A stretch of 64,000 nucleotides of DNA, from assembly GCA_051362555.1 (NCBI GenBank), contig CM120641.1:8122001-8186000 (forward strand), in the 5' to 3' direction. The notes below the pieces were generated by a model. That model saw only the letters and a list, made by a program, of their open reading frames with translations. It made no database searches and was not told the DNA's origin. Shown here piece by piece: positions 1 through 14,190 of the stretch (position 1 is the stretch's first letter; each line of letters begins with the position of its first letter). The position numbers were made by a program, and so were the translations under genes. The stretch comes from Lingula anatina (taxonomy: Eukaryota > Animalia > Brachiopoda).

Positions 1-436
1 TCAATAGAAACGGAGACCAGATTTACGAGACAGAGGCTGACAGAGAACAACACAGATTGTGTCTGGAGCTCTAACCGGCGGGGATGCCCTCACGGTCGTA
101 TTTTTTTGAATGCGCAATTCATACAACTAGCATACGACCTCAAGGGCATTTTTTATCTCGCTCATTCAATAACCAGCGTATTTGTCGTCGCGAACACTGA
201 GCGACATTCTAATTACTGAAGGGTATTGAATTACAGGCTCAGAACTGGTGCAGAGACCTCGGTAAGCTGGAACAATTTTTAGTTACAACACAAACCAACT
301 ACGGTGTCGTCCGGTCCTCCTTGTTTGTAAGAAGTACCGTAAACTTTGGTAAGGATAATCCTGGTATTTATATAGGAATATCGAAGGTAGAAATCGGGCA
401 AGACAAACACCGTTATCGCACCTAACAACCATAGAT

Positions 437-3400
437 ATGGAGGGGCGCTGTAAATCTAATAGTAATAAACACCAATCCTTGGACAGTGGTCCGGGTGGAT
501 CCAGCAAGCCGTATCTTGGACATGGTACAGACAGAGACAATAGAAACAGCCAGAAGGAAAGACCAAAGAGGCCAAAAACAAGTAAAACTCGGACGAAAGG
601 CGCAAGCTCCACTGAGGTAAAGGATACAAGTCATACAACCAGAGATGACAACGCGAACGTCATCAGTAATGGCTTGACCCCAGACGACAGCGGTGGAGTT
701 GTGGATTCAGTGGCCGACAATTTGGAACAAAGTCTGAAACTCACTGAAAGTGTCGACGCTCACGATCAAAATAACCCAGACATGCACGGTACGGAACCGA
801 ACGGTGAGGCAATGGGGGACGATGCAGTCTATGTGCAAGACGGCGAAGAAAAAATAAAAACGGAAGAGGAAAGTGTAACCATGGAGAGGTCCAGTGTGGA
901 TAGTAGTGATGACCAGGAAGTTGATGACAGTAGACTAAGCAGACAAGCGGTGGCGGATGACGAAGAAAATCTTAGAAAATTCGAAGAGGAGTTCGACCCT
1001 AAGAAGCTGAGTTCGTCTGCTGCGAATTTTGACAGTAAAGCATTCACTGGGAACATCCAAAGCTTTATTGATCGTATGCAATCAGATTCGTTCGCTCGTG
1101 TTACACTAGACTTTCCGGCAAACGATCTGCAAAATCTGACTGCAAAGATATCGTCTGCACTATTAGAATTCAGAAATTATACCCTGTATTCCCAGAGTCA
1201 GCTGGAAGAGTTGAGAAACAAAATCACCGAGGTCAAAGAGAATGTAACAGAGCAGCTTCACACGGTGGATACCAATGCAGGTTAGTTGAATCTTAATGGT
1301 GGTATTAAGTTTCAAAATGTCAAATATGTGCTCCTGCATAACATCGAGCCCATTTTACTGAATGACATAGAACAAAAATGATAATAGTTTTGTTAAAGGC
1401 ATTGGGACATAGATTACTGTACCTTTCATTACATGAAAACAATCCAGGGTTTCAATATTTTTCTCCCAATGGCTAATGTTTTATTCATTAAAAACGTTGT
1501 AAATATTCAGATGTGCTTGGCATATAATCTTTTTTAATAATTTCATTCCATACAAACAAAATGCTTTGGCACGCCCCTCATTTATAGGAATTTTTTGAGA
1601 GATCTCGAACTTCAATGTTTTAATTTTGTAGTCCATACAATCATGCCAAAAGATTACGCAACTTCCTTTACCCTGAAAATTATCGCCCAGTATCTTTTAA
1701 AATGAAAGAAAAATGAAATACCTTCTAATATTAGAATGAACACGACATACACGCCTCCCTCGTCATCTCTGCAAAATACTTTTGCTTTAGACTATTTTTC
1801 TATTTAATCCTACACGTTGGTATATTTTCTTTTCAAAACAATGGTTAAAATTAATTTATTGCAACGATAGTCATTATGTCGTATTAAGCTAACCTTTGTA
1901 TTAGATATTTCTCCTTGAGTTATCACTCCCAGTGATTTATCACTAAGTCTAACTAGGTTGTTTGTCAATTTTGTTATATATGTCTCACGTCAAATTGATT
2001 GCGAGAACGATACGATGTAATGATAAAACAGCGAATCGGAGAACTGTCTTATTGCATGTGCATGTGCATGTGCATGTGAAATGAATATAATTACGGTTTC
2101 AGTTCTAAAAAACTAGTAAATGCAGTGTTTAGCATTAAACATCTTAAGGTCACTTAGAACAGACGTAAACTTAATCTCAGCAAAGTCAAGTTAGTTCTCT
2201 CTCGTAAATAACAAAGAAAAACATTACACTTTAGTTCAGTGCCTAGTTTTTCAGAAAAGTTAAACGCTGGTTTTAACTTAAGACCAAAAAGTTTAGTCAA
2301 CTTCAATCTAGGATAGCTCAATAGTATCCAGATATCGGTCATAACGGTAACCCTTTCTTACTTTTTGTGAAACAAGTCAAATATCCTCATTCAAGTGACC
2401 TGCCACACCTTTATCTTGAACCAAAGCGGGCTAAAATGCTCGGTCTAAAAGTTAAGACCAACTTTCCACATAAATTTTATGTTTATGTGAGAAATGGGGT
2501 CTAGCTTACTGTGACCCTAGTTCCCAGATAACATGGCGTTGGTATGGGGACATTTAATCCTGTCATACGTAATCGCCATCAAATTCTGATCAATAGCAAT
2601 ATGATTGGGCAAAGATAAGGTGGATTTTTGAATTGTGATCCTTGACTTGCGACGTTAAAAACAAGTCTAAATCCCGGGCAAATAGATTTCTGGTAAATAT
2701 CAAAACTCAACGCGTACAGATATGGAGTAATTGATTCAGCGTTCTCTCGATGCTGTGCTACTGAGGAATCGTATCAACACAAAAAGAATGATAGCTTAAG
2801 ATAATATCCCAATAGACATTCTAGATTATTGCCAGATAACCCTTCGGAACTGGTTTAGATAAAAATTAATAACACTGGACACAGAAAAAGTTGAAAAAAA
2901 AAAACAATCCAATCAAGCTAAAATTATTTACTTATAATGTAACCTAGTTCTCATAAATCTAGTTCACATTGCAAAAATGTTTTCCGTGCGTTTGTTTTTC
3001 CATGCGTTAAGTTAGTTCCTTGAAAGTAAAGTGCCAAATTATGTTTCAACCAAAACAAACACTTAAATCTGTGTAATAAGTGTTATAATTGTGTAGTTAA
3101 TAAATCTACCAATCGATTTTCAAAATATTCTCTTTTCATAGCCGCGGCTCAAGATGATGATAGCGACATGGTTGCCAGGAAGGCATTGGAAGCCAAGTTG
3201 GCCAGGTTACACGCTGATATCGCTGAGACGGGGGTGGAGTTGGCCAAGACCGCTAAATTCTCGGCAGAGACTGAAAAAACGGCCATCGATGCTTCTCTGG
3301 TCGCAGAACATGCTGTTCAGGAGGCCGAACGAATCAAGGCAGAGATGGAAGAAAACCAGCGACTGGAGGAAGAGCGCAAGCAGCTTGAAATAGCGCGGAA

Positions 3401-6400
3401 GGTGGCCGAAGAGAAAAGGAAAGCCGAAGAAGAGGAGCGCCGAGCTGAAGAAGAAGCAGAGAAAATGAGACTTCTGGAAGAAAAGAGGAAACACGACAAA
3501 GAAAGTAAAAAGCCTGAAGAAAAATTACCTTGGGAAGATTGGCCTCTCTTTACGTAAGTTTTCACATATACTTTTTTGTACTTTTATTAACATATCAAAC
3601 AAAAAACTTTTTATTTATTTTTTATTTAATACCCGATGTCAAAAATAAATGTTACAATTTCACCTCTCAGTGACAGTGCTACCATTGAATAATTTCCAGA
3701 TTGCAGTAGTATAGTTTTGTTTTTCACAGTTTTCGAACTGAAGGTGGGTCTTTTGATCAAGGCATAGCATCTTTGATTCGAACCGATGGTGAGAAAGTGA
3801 GAGAAAACTCGGTCCAGGTTCAAGTGATCAATCCTTTGGAATCCAGCTTCCCTTACGAAGACAATGAAGAGTTGGTCAGTAACATTATAAATGTCACAGC
3901 AGCAGAGGACTGTAAGTGGAAGGTAAGTTCAATAACCACAACTTACCACACTTACATTCTACCCTCAACGCTAAACTTCCAAAGTCATGTCGATTTAGTT
4001 TACAGCATTTCTTTTAAAATGAATTAAAACATAATATAAAATATACAGTAATATTTAGATAAATGGGCTGAGAAGGTGAATATGTAGGTTAGACAGAACT
4101 GACGGTTTGATTGGTATAGTTTACCCAAAACCAAGTGTGTCTCCCTGGTAACGTCAAGAGATAGTTTACATATGTCGGTTGGTGTACACATTATATCACT
4201 TCACTGTTTTGGAAGTCGAAATTTTTTAGACCTACTTAAGTATATTGTGCATTAGAAAGGAAACTAGATGAACGGGATATGTTTTACTCTTTATACAAGG
4301 AAGTTAAACTGAGTTCTGTTAGCTAAAAAGGACAAGCGTTTTATTTTAACACCGCTACAGAATACACGAGAGAACTCTTTCCTTTTAACTGGATTATGGA
4401 GTGGTCTTGAGATAAACACCGTTGAACAAACGGGTCCCTTTTAAAGACTTGACCCAGGCTGTTTGCACTTGGTGATGATTTGGCAGTGTATATTTACTAA
4501 CTATGACGTGTAATACCAAGTAGCTATGGTTTTTGTTGACAGATTAGTCGTAGGATTGAAGCGTGTCTTACCTATACTCAAAGTCGCCTGTAATTAGCTT
4601 TTGAGGCGTTGAATTTACTGTATATTTAGATCATGTAACTTCGAATGGACATTTTACATGTCGTCAATTGTTGCCCCTGTGTAACCATTAGTTTTCTGTA
4701 TTTTTACCTATGTAATACAAGGCACATATCAATACAAATTTACCGGTATGTAGTTCTTTGAAAAGAGCAAAACACCCCCCCCCCACCCCCCCACCCCAAA
4801 AAAAAAAAAATAATAATAAAAATAAAATAAAATAATAATGATAATAATAATTATATATAATTTTCTTAAACTAGCCCTTAATTGTCTAGCCAGTGTGTTA
4901 GGAATCGTTTGTTTTCACTTTGTTTCTTACTACGTGATATAAATGTAGGTAGGTTTTCGGTGTTAGTATCCTGCACTGCGGTTGTTGCAGTACCTAAACC
5001 GTCATCATAATCGGTTAAAATTTCCTCAAATCTTAAGTCACAATTACATTATTAAGAATATCGTTATTATGATTTATCCCAAACTTCATTTTAGGAGCCC
5101 ATCTATGTGGCTATCCCCCATTGCATGTCACGCACCAGCGCGCTGTCCCGTGAACCCGTTGTGAAGGCGGAGGTGAAGGGGAAATGGAAAGAGATACCGT
5201 CATATGACATGCATTTTGAACACTATAAGGTACATGTATATTTCATTATTATGTGTAGAATTCTCTTGAGCATATATTTGCGTGTATCAGTCGCACAAAT
5301 GAGTGAACACCCATACATGTATGAGTTTTTTTTTCTCATTAGAATTTTCTGTTTTCGGTGACAATAACGTACGTGCTAAATGGAAGCAAGGAGTTATAAC
5401 TCCTTGCTGGAAGCGAGTTGGCAGCTTCAGTCTTACGGTTATTGTTTATATCTATAAATTTTCAGGATGTCAAGTTTGTCCAAACCAAATTACACAGCCC
5501 AGCGTGTTTGGCGGTAGTAACACGCTTTAAGAAAGACCATCTTCACGTGGGGAAGAAAGGAGGTAAAATTATCTCCTCTGTTGACCCTCGTATTACCTTC
5601 AACGTGGAACCACAGACTTTCAGCCGAAAAGAGAACATTCAATGCCAGGTAGCTACTTTTATTGATCTTATTTCAAACATTATTTTAATGAAAAGGGTTT
5701 AAAGTATAAGTCAATGGACGTTGATTTTTGTTGGCAAGACAGCACATAATACTTTGAATTGACCATTTAATACCATTGACTAATATGTTAACATCAGCAC
5801 TTCGTACATGGTATTGTTGAAAAGGTGCTATGTCTATGTTCTGGTATGGAATAATCCGCCTAAACTAAGACAATCCATAATTAAGGACTAAGAGGGATGC
5901 TCGTAAATGAAAGGGGTTAACTGTAAGAGCGAGAACATAAAAGAGGTGGGATTTTTTAAATTTTTCTCCAATCTGCTAATTTCTAAAGGAAAAATATGAT
6001 GCAATTTGGGGCATTTGTTTTGCAGCACTGGGAACAAGCCATATAGGCTACTTCTGTTAGTGTTTGTCTGTTCTCCTCTTCGGAAGGGAGATGGGGTGTA
6101 ATACGCTTGCCTGTTTTGTCAATGTCATTCAGAGTTGTAATTCAGAGTTGTCCTTTATCTTTTTATATCAACTTGAACGCCTTCAGTTTATTTCGTCTAA
6201 CACAGAAAGTTTTGACGGCTTATCGTTGGTTCTCAGTCATAAATATTACTTTAATGGTGTAGGTACAGCCCGTCGACTCAGCGTCTGTAGCAGACATCAA
6301 GTTGAGATTTAAGCATTGCCGAGGACTTCTGACTTCGAGTGCCATCATCAATATGAAGTGGGACAGTGAAGCGTTTGGCAAACAGATAATAGTAAGTGTC

Positions 6401-9400
6401 CACGATTTGATAAATGTTCATATGTGCATAAGTGAACATCCTTTTTGCTGCATTGCCTGTGTTGTCTGTTTCATCATAATGCATGTTGAAATAATGACAA
6501 CAATAACACGTTTATCTACCTTGTAGTGGGATCGTTAACCTTAATGGATAGAGAGTGTACTTGTATTCATATGACAATGTTTTTGCTATTGACTCGTTAC
6601 GGGTACCAGTTCCTCCCTAAATGGAAACTATTTACAATAGCTTTCCTTCCTCATAATAATATGAATTATATCTGAACGAACCGGTTTTAACGAGAATTGA
6701 CATTTGGCTGCAATAATGAAACAAAAGATTGCAGTGTGAAACTAGGAATATATGAACATTCACATTTATTTCTAGATGACTCTTCCCTGTCCACCCAATC
6801 CAGTAAAAGCAAGGAAAGCTGCGGCAATCAAGGCAGAAAAAGAGGCGAAGATGAAGCAACCGGAACGGAAGGTCGCCGTGAACATTTTTGATGCTGCGCC
6901 CAAGAAAGAACCAGAAAAGAAAAAACCGGAGAAAAAGCCGACTCAGCAAACCCAAGCACAGGCAGAGGCGCCCCCTGACGAAGAAACCGACTTCAAGCGA
7001 CAAGAACCCACTAGATGGTACATGGGGCAGTACGGAGGAAGCGATGGTGAGGTTTTTGTGGGTTTGAGAAATAAGAATCGTTTAAATCATTTCTGTCATG
7101 CTTTGAGAAATGACTGAATTACCAGTAAAATATTTTGACAAATCCGTGTGCGATTTTATAATGCTTGGCAAATTATCAATTGCCGAAAAAAAAAAGCGCT
7201 TGGCTGTTTTGTTGTAATTCTTAGTCTTATTTTTTCTTACTCTTATCATTAATAATATTACATTGGTTATGATACAGTTGGTATTTCACGTCATATCAAA
7301 TAATCCATGTCATATCAAATCACTCAATGATACGTTTCACATTTTAGATGATGAAAACGATAACCTGTTCCTGTTATATTCTAATGAGAAGGGGAAATGG
7401 CATGCAGTTCCCGATTTGCATTTCTCACAAATAAGACTTGATTTGTTAGAGTTCGAACTGAGAGAGCCATTAACTAGGTTAGTATTACATAAGAGCGTTG
7501 TGGTTTGAAAACAAGAAAATCACAAGGACAGAATAAGGAGGATACAAAACATGTTATTGAGCACACTAATCAACATCTTAAGTCAGTGATTCATATCTTT
7601 TTGCTCTCCGTATGCCCATATGATAGTTTAGACTTTATTAAGCCCATTCTTTGTTATAAAATGCATTGTAAAGTTTCAACAGCGAGATAATTGCATAAAA
7701 TGCCAGCAATCTATTTACAATCGCTATTTGCAATTTTGATTTCTAGGTTCATGGTTCTTAGAACGCGAACGACAATAGGTCCTAACGAGGCTGTTCATAT
7801 GGCTGCCTCAATAGAGAGCTATGTGGAAAGCAGACTCACACAGATTATACTAAAACAAAAGTGAGTAAGACTGATTAAATATTTATATTACAGCAAATAG
7901 ACCTAGAGTATTCTAAGTAGTTGTACACTATTATATATAGCTTATCGCTTTTCAATTTTCCACTGGTCGATGGTTTTAAATGAAACAAGTGTGAGATTAA
8001 TAAATTATGCAAATTTCAGAACCGACGATCCTAATGAAATCATTGTGTCGTGTGTCCCTGCGAAAGAAAGTGACAAAGCCCTGCAAAAACTAAATGAAGA
8101 AGGTTACGAAGAGGGGCCTGGAGCCAGTTCAGACATCATAATTAATGAGGGAGACGTCCTCGAAGTGCGCTTCCGCGGAAACATCAAGTCCGAAGAGAAC
8201 AAAAGACTGAGAGTAGTCTTCAACTCACACTTGAAATCAACAGTTAATTTCTACGCTTGTGAATTGGATCAGTATCTTCAAAAAAGCTTCCCAGTGTTCA
8301 AAGGCTTTGCTCAGATCTACAAGAGGGTAATGGTATTACGGACACCGCAGCCCAGTGAAAACAGTGACGGCGATGAACCTAATCCACAGGATTTGAAGCC
8401 ACGGTGGGAGGAGGACTGGGAACTTGTTAGTGAACTTTTGGTCACATTACCCAAGGTATTTACCATTATCTTTTCTCTCTAGCATTTTCTAAAATTTTGG
8501 GTTATCACTGAAGGGCTTATCACAATCATTTCAGGCAATTTTGTAATCCTTGCTATCTGACATATTTTTACTGAAAGCTGTGTACCATTCACACTTTCTT
8601 TATGAAAGTTTTTGGTTATGAATCAGTATTTATGTTACAGCAATTGTCTCTCTTTATTCACAGGAGCATGTGGTCCCAAGTAAACCAATAGAAAAGGCGC
8701 CAATTAGGTTAATCAATACCAGCGATCCGGTCACCGAAGAACTGCTACGCCGTTTCGCTGAGGATCTGGGAGACGAATGGAAAAGATTGGCGCACTATTT
8801 GAATGTTCGGCGCACGCGTGTTCAGGCCATCTTGAGAAACAATGATCTGGAAAGTAGCGAGAGTAAAGAGGACCAAGCTAAATACGATATGCTGATGACC
8901 TGGGTGAAAAGGGTGCCAAAAGGAATGAATAAGGTATAGTCATTTTTGTTAATCAACTTGTCTTTTCACCAATTCATATTTCTGTTCACTAATTGCAAAA
9001 TCAAAATAAGCGCTTGTTTTTTTTTTTTTTTTTTTTGTAATTAATTAAGCTTAGTGCTTTAGTTTATTTCAAAATTATTTTTATTACTTATCAAGTAGTT
9101 GCCTGTAGATTCAATAGCAAGGCAATCGAAAAATGCACTTGAACAAAACACAGTAACATTTTTTATGATCTGTACGAGTTTCAACAAGATGTTTAGCAGC
9201 ATACAAAACACACTTGATTTACTAACTGTAAATAACGTACCATATGCTTCTGCACTGTTGGATAAAATTGTTTAATGATTTGCACTCAATATCGTTGGCA
9301 GGTTTCCATCCTGAGTTCTGCGTTCTTGAAATGCGGCAGACGGGATTTGGCCGAGGAACTGCGAGACATCGAACACGATTTTTTGGTGAAGAAAAACAAA

Positions 9401-9427
9401 GCACGTCAAATTTCGGCAAAGGTATAA
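437..9427 (+). CDS. DTHD1: Death domain-containing protein 1-like (acidic N-terminus, coiled coil, ZU5/UPA-like region, C-terminal death domain); 12 coding exons
   Basis: Phase-consistent GT-AG exons: 437-1280, 3142-3553, 3730-3922, 5095-5229, 5466-5648, 6263-6391, 6776-7046, 7348-7477, 7747-7860, 8020-8455, 8664-8933, 9302-9427 (TAA). ZU5-like text (ELVSNIINV..EPIYVAIPH; VQPVD..LLTSSAII..MTLPCPPNP) and death domain (LAEDLGDEWKRLAHYL-type..QAKYDMLMTW..VSILSSAFLKCGRRDLAEEL). Probable 5'UTR donor at 261/262. Confidence 0.8.
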
Positions 9428-11751
9428 GCATCATTGGGACTGTCAACAGACTCGCTTTGAAAAAGAAAAAGTTATCATAATGATGGGAATAGACAGAAAT
9501 TAGCATATATCGACAATCAAAAACCTAAGAAATCTAGTGCCAACTGAAAGATGAAGCCATGTTTGCATGCATAAAAAAGCTGTGGACCAAAGTTGTTTAT
9601 GGTATAAGCTTTATACAGTATATTTTTTTGATTGAACAGAATTTTAAAACCTTTTATCTTTATGGAGGGTCAAAGCAATGATCTTTGATTTTTTTTATGC
9701 AATTGATTACTTTTATAGTTTGAGAGGTTTTATATTCGCTAGTCGCACCAGCTTCAGTTTTAGGGATCGTTTAATATGAGTCAAATCTTTATTTTATCTC
9801 AATCTTTTCTAAACTTGTCTTTATCTATTTATGTAAATTATCTAAAAACTTCACTTTCAGGGTCCTTTCTTTTTGTGAACTCTGTGTCAAATATATTTAT
9901 TTGTAACTCCTTATTATTATTATACACAATAAAGGTAACTTTTTATACTGCAATTACACAGTTCCTACATTGATTTATTTCATTTTAAACGTTGAGTTTT
10001 TAAAAATTCCGTTCAACAAATTCCAGTGAATACTGGAACTTTTTCTCATTATTTGTCTTCCCTTATCCTTTTATCGTAAATGAAAAGATAATTTTTGTTA
10101 AAACTGAAATTAACTGTAAATAGGATAAATCAGGTGTCACCATGAGATCTTGTATAAAATCCTGAAAATGCTCTGAATGCAAGTCGGTATAGGAATTAGT
10201 TCCTGTGCAATTTCTTACCTTAACGCAATCGATATTTCCCATCTAACGCAATAACCTTAGGTGCCCAGTCGTGCCTGTAATATCTTGGCCACCTAGTCCA
10301 AACATCGAGTTGAAATTACAGCAAATAAATCAGATGGCTGAGATGCTGTGGCTCAGACACATGTCAGGTCTGGTCGAGGAGATCCTGGCAACGCTTGGTG
10401 ATTACAGTAAAGTAGCTAGTCAGCACGGATATTTGCAAGGTTTTGTGCTTATCAAAACGTAAATCATCTTGGGTAGATATCCACGGCTTTTTGATGATTA
10501 ATGCAGATAAAAATGTTTAAAACATTTAACATACTGACGTTTGGTTGTGTGTAAAACAATTTGTGACGACCTGACATCATATTTTACACACAAAAATATA
10601 TATTGATAAAAAATTGAAAAGAAGAAGAATGAACAAATACTTGAAATGAATAATAAAAGGATATTTGAATATCAACCAGCTTTTGCGAAAAAAATCTAAC
10701 AGATTAACTTAAGATACAAACCACACGATATTGTACATGTGTATAAATAGTATCAAATTTTCTTTTCATCGTGCCACGAATATTTCCCGTGTAATGGCGC
10801 GTTATTTTTGCTGTCAACGCTTGTCGTATCATAGTATCTTGACAAAACCTTGAGCATGAGTGTTAATCAAACCTGTCCCTTTTATTACTGTTTATTTTTA
10901 CCCCTCACTGGCTAACTTCAATTCCTGTATGTTAATGAAATTCAGTGAGCACCGGTATAGTAAACGTAATACTATTGTGGCATTCAAACCCAATTCCATT
11001 ATTCGTCTAGCGCGCACCCGAGTATGTAAAATTAAATAGAAACTGTTTATTTGTCTCTACCGATGTTGTTTAGAATTTTGCTATATAAATGCAATTTACC
11101 TGAAGCGCAACAATATAAAAGGCAAGCTCGCGCTCTGAAGGGTCAAACGGGTAAAGTGAGGGGTGGCAAGTGTAGAATTTCCATGTTTAATCTTCATTAG
11201 AGACACACACTCCGTGTATTTCATGTCAAGTTTTTGGAATTAGTTTATCAAATAACCACACGGACTTGGAACGTCCCCCACGCAGAGTGTCGAATTCAAT
11301 TGTTGCTGTGATTTTTTTTATCTGCTTGATCCTTACCCTGATATGCTCACGTAACAGACCGGCTAGTTACTAAAGGAAATCAGAAAGAGGCTACTATAAA
11401 CAGAGGCGACCTTCAATAGAGCCGCCCTAAGACCTGGCAGAACTGTCACGTTATCGACGTTTTTGAACGTGCTTCTTTTCCAAAGAGGTTTGGCGTGTTA
11501 CAGTGGATAGAACTTCAAATTGCATTATAAACTAGTGGAACTTAAAAGTGCAGTGCGTCTTTCATGTAAATACTGTGATTTGAAGCTACGGGGACAAACA
11601 CGTTCTGACAGCTTTGGAGACGATTCGGTTATACACGGTCAGATATCACATCACTTAACAAGCTTCGGCTGGTCCGATTGTCAACCTTCCAACATTCAAG
11701 TTGTGTCAAATTTTCCATTAGGATAATTTTGAGATATAAAATAACTGAAAA

Positions 11752-12315
11752 ATGGCACAGGTTAAACCCGCAGTGAGAGGCACTGATCACAAGCGCCAAA
11801 GCATAGCTCCAAGTGTAGGAGCTGCCTTGAAGAGGACTCAGGCGCCAGGTATGGGTGCCCCGTCAATGCGGAGTCATGGACAGAATCTAGAGACAGAAAC
11901 GAATTACGATGTCATTTCCATGGCGGACAGGAGTGAAGGAATTTACAGGAGAAACCTTCAATATGAAAATACGTACAAAATGGAGCCTGACGTCCGTTTT
12001 ATGGCTGGGTGTGTGGAGAAAGAAGCGGAGGATGTCCTCACGGAGAGGCTGAAAGATATGAAGTACGATCCTGCCACCTGCAAGCACCTGAGTCAGGAAT
12101 TGGCAGGGATAATCATGGAAAGAGTCAAACTTTTTGCGTTTAAACGCTACAAGTTTGTCGTCGTAGTCAGCATCGGCAGTCTAAAAGAAAGGCCGGGGAT
12201 GCAGTTCGGCAGCAGGTGTCTGTGGAACAAGGGCACGGACAGTTTTGCGAATGTTAAATTTGCCAACGGTTCTCTATTTGCTGTCGCCATGATTTACGGA
12301 CTTTATTACGAGTGA
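11752..12315 (+). CDS. Tctex1-domain dynein light chain (DYNLT5/TCTEX1D1-like), single coding exon, 187 aa
   Basis: Intact ORF containing YENTYKMEP..F....VEK....VL.ERL....YD....LSQELA..I.ERVK.....RYKFVVVVSIG......G....SRCLW....DSFA...F.NGSLFAVA.IYGLYYE, the Tctex-1 family signature. Confidence 0.92.
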   Translation: MAQVKPAVRGTDHKRQSIAPSVGAALKRTQAPGMGAPSMRSHGQNLETETNYDVISMADRSEGIYRRNLQYENTYKMEPDVRFMAGCVEKEAEDVLTERLKDMKYDPATCKHLSQELAGIIMERVKLFAFKRYKFVVVVSIGSLKERPGMQFGSRCLWNKGTDSFANVKFANGSLFAVAMIYGLYYE

Positions 12316-13346
12316 ATATCGCAAATGTAGCCATTCCATTTCTCTTCTTAATTTTTGCACGAAAAACATCAACTGAGATTGTGCTACAAAACTCGATCTT
12401 CCGGGCTCAAAGTGAATTCGATTTCCAATATTATTCAGTGCGCATTGATTTTGTTATCCTCATAATCCTTATTACAAAGACGTATATAATTAACGACAAT
12501 ACCATAAGGAAGCCGATACGTCCGACCTTTGGTGACATTATTAAATGTTTTGCTTGGCGACCACATTAGAAACAACTTGAAGTCGAATTAAACCAGTATT
12601 CCAAAAGTCTTTTAATCGATTTAGCTCAGCGCTGGAAACATTAAAAGTTTACCTAGGACACTCGAGGCACTTACTGGATACAAGACTGCGTTAAGGGTGT
12701 TTGACTTTTGAAAACTTACATGGGATACAGTCTCCAGTCAGTATTTGAATATGTTTTTGTGAATTTTGATGGAAAGATCAACGGTTACTGGCTATTTGCA
12801 TATTTTTTTTAATTGATCTTCGATTATATGTCTAATTAACCCTTATGCGCATTTTGGGCTTCCCTTTCGTGGACAATTTTAAGTCATTTGATGCAGAGCC
12901 ATTGGCTAAGGTTATGTCTTTGTATTGATTTACCATCCTACCTATTAGTGCTCTTATTTTCATAAATCGTAAACTATAAAGAATGGGCTCTCGAGACGAT
13001 TCTAAGATATGATTAAGTAGTGTAGAACAAGTTTAATGGTTATACATCTTTAAAGATAAACCCTGTACTGTTCATATACCACTATTGTAGGTCGTCGATG
13101 AGCAAGTCTGACTTAGCAGATGTATTGGACGATAACTTTCATCTGATTTTATAGCTAAGCTATTGATACATGAAAATTAGACGCGATGTGGTTCTTAACG
13201 ACGTCCTTTTCTATTAACACGGAACATTGTTTATTTTAGTGAAAATACAGTAATAAGGTTTTTGTTAAGACCAAACAACAGACGTCCGATATCGGCAAGT
13301 CTTAGAATATGGACACGTCAATACTGCCCACTGAGGCATAATAATG

Positions 13347-13673
13347 TTTATGTCTCCTCCATCTCAGTGTACCACAAACTTTTATAGTCTCATTCATAGC
13401 AAGAAAGAAGGCAACAAGGAATATTGTTTGTTTGTGATTTGGCCAAAAAAGGCCGCTTTTATTATATAACTCCTCTATCCTAATCGTATTAACAATAATA
13501 ACAATGTAGCAAATTGTTGCCTGTATTAAATGTTATGGCCTTAGGGATAAAAATTATATATCAAATATTCAATGAGACTCATCATCCTAATAATTACCAT
13601 GCGACGAGTCAGCAAAAGTTATTATTTACCAACAATTTTGCACAAATTTCATTTGTGGGGTTGCAAAGAGGCC
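13347..13673 (+). repeat. Split direct repeat A1 (327 bp)
   Basis: Near-identical to 15476-15802; one substitution seen (cctaataat vs cctaaaaat). Confidence 0.95.
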
Positions 13674-13865
13674 CCCACTATGTCGAATATTTAATAACAC
13701 TACTTACCCTAAGCAGTGATTCAGTATAAGCTACGGTATTGCATCCAATTCAGCTTGTCTGATTGCAAAGGCGAGGCCGATGCATTGCCTATTGCAGGAT
13801 TCTCAATACAAATCTACATAAGTACCGGCATGACAATGCTGTTAGCGGGTGACCTAACCCCTACT

Positions 13866-13868
<3 letters not shown>

Positions 13869-13905
<37 letters not shown>
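13869..13905. repeat. Poly-T tract (~37 nt)
   Basis: Directly visible; lies inside the split-repeat element. Confidence 0.95.
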
Positions 13906-13909
<4 letters not shown>

Positions 13910-14190
13910 AAAGGAAGGGGGGAGGTTCAGTTTTTCCCATATGCTGAAAACAGCTGGAAGAGTGAACTCTCTATAATTGCCATGCCATCCTAGCTTGCAC
14001 CTTACTAGTTGATTACTATTATAGTTAACAGTTTTAAGTGGTTATCTGCGGAAGGGCAATTTCCTTCTGGTTTATAGTTATCAATGACTAGAATCAAATG
14101 TGAACGAAGAAGCAGAGTCGGGGATAACCTACATATGTATGTTCTAATACAACTGATCCCCTTATATTCCTGATTTCAACAAATGTAGAG

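Noticed and set aside
9244-9480. 78-aa plus-strand ORF
   Set aside because: Wrong frame; the real terminal death-domain exon is 9302-9427.
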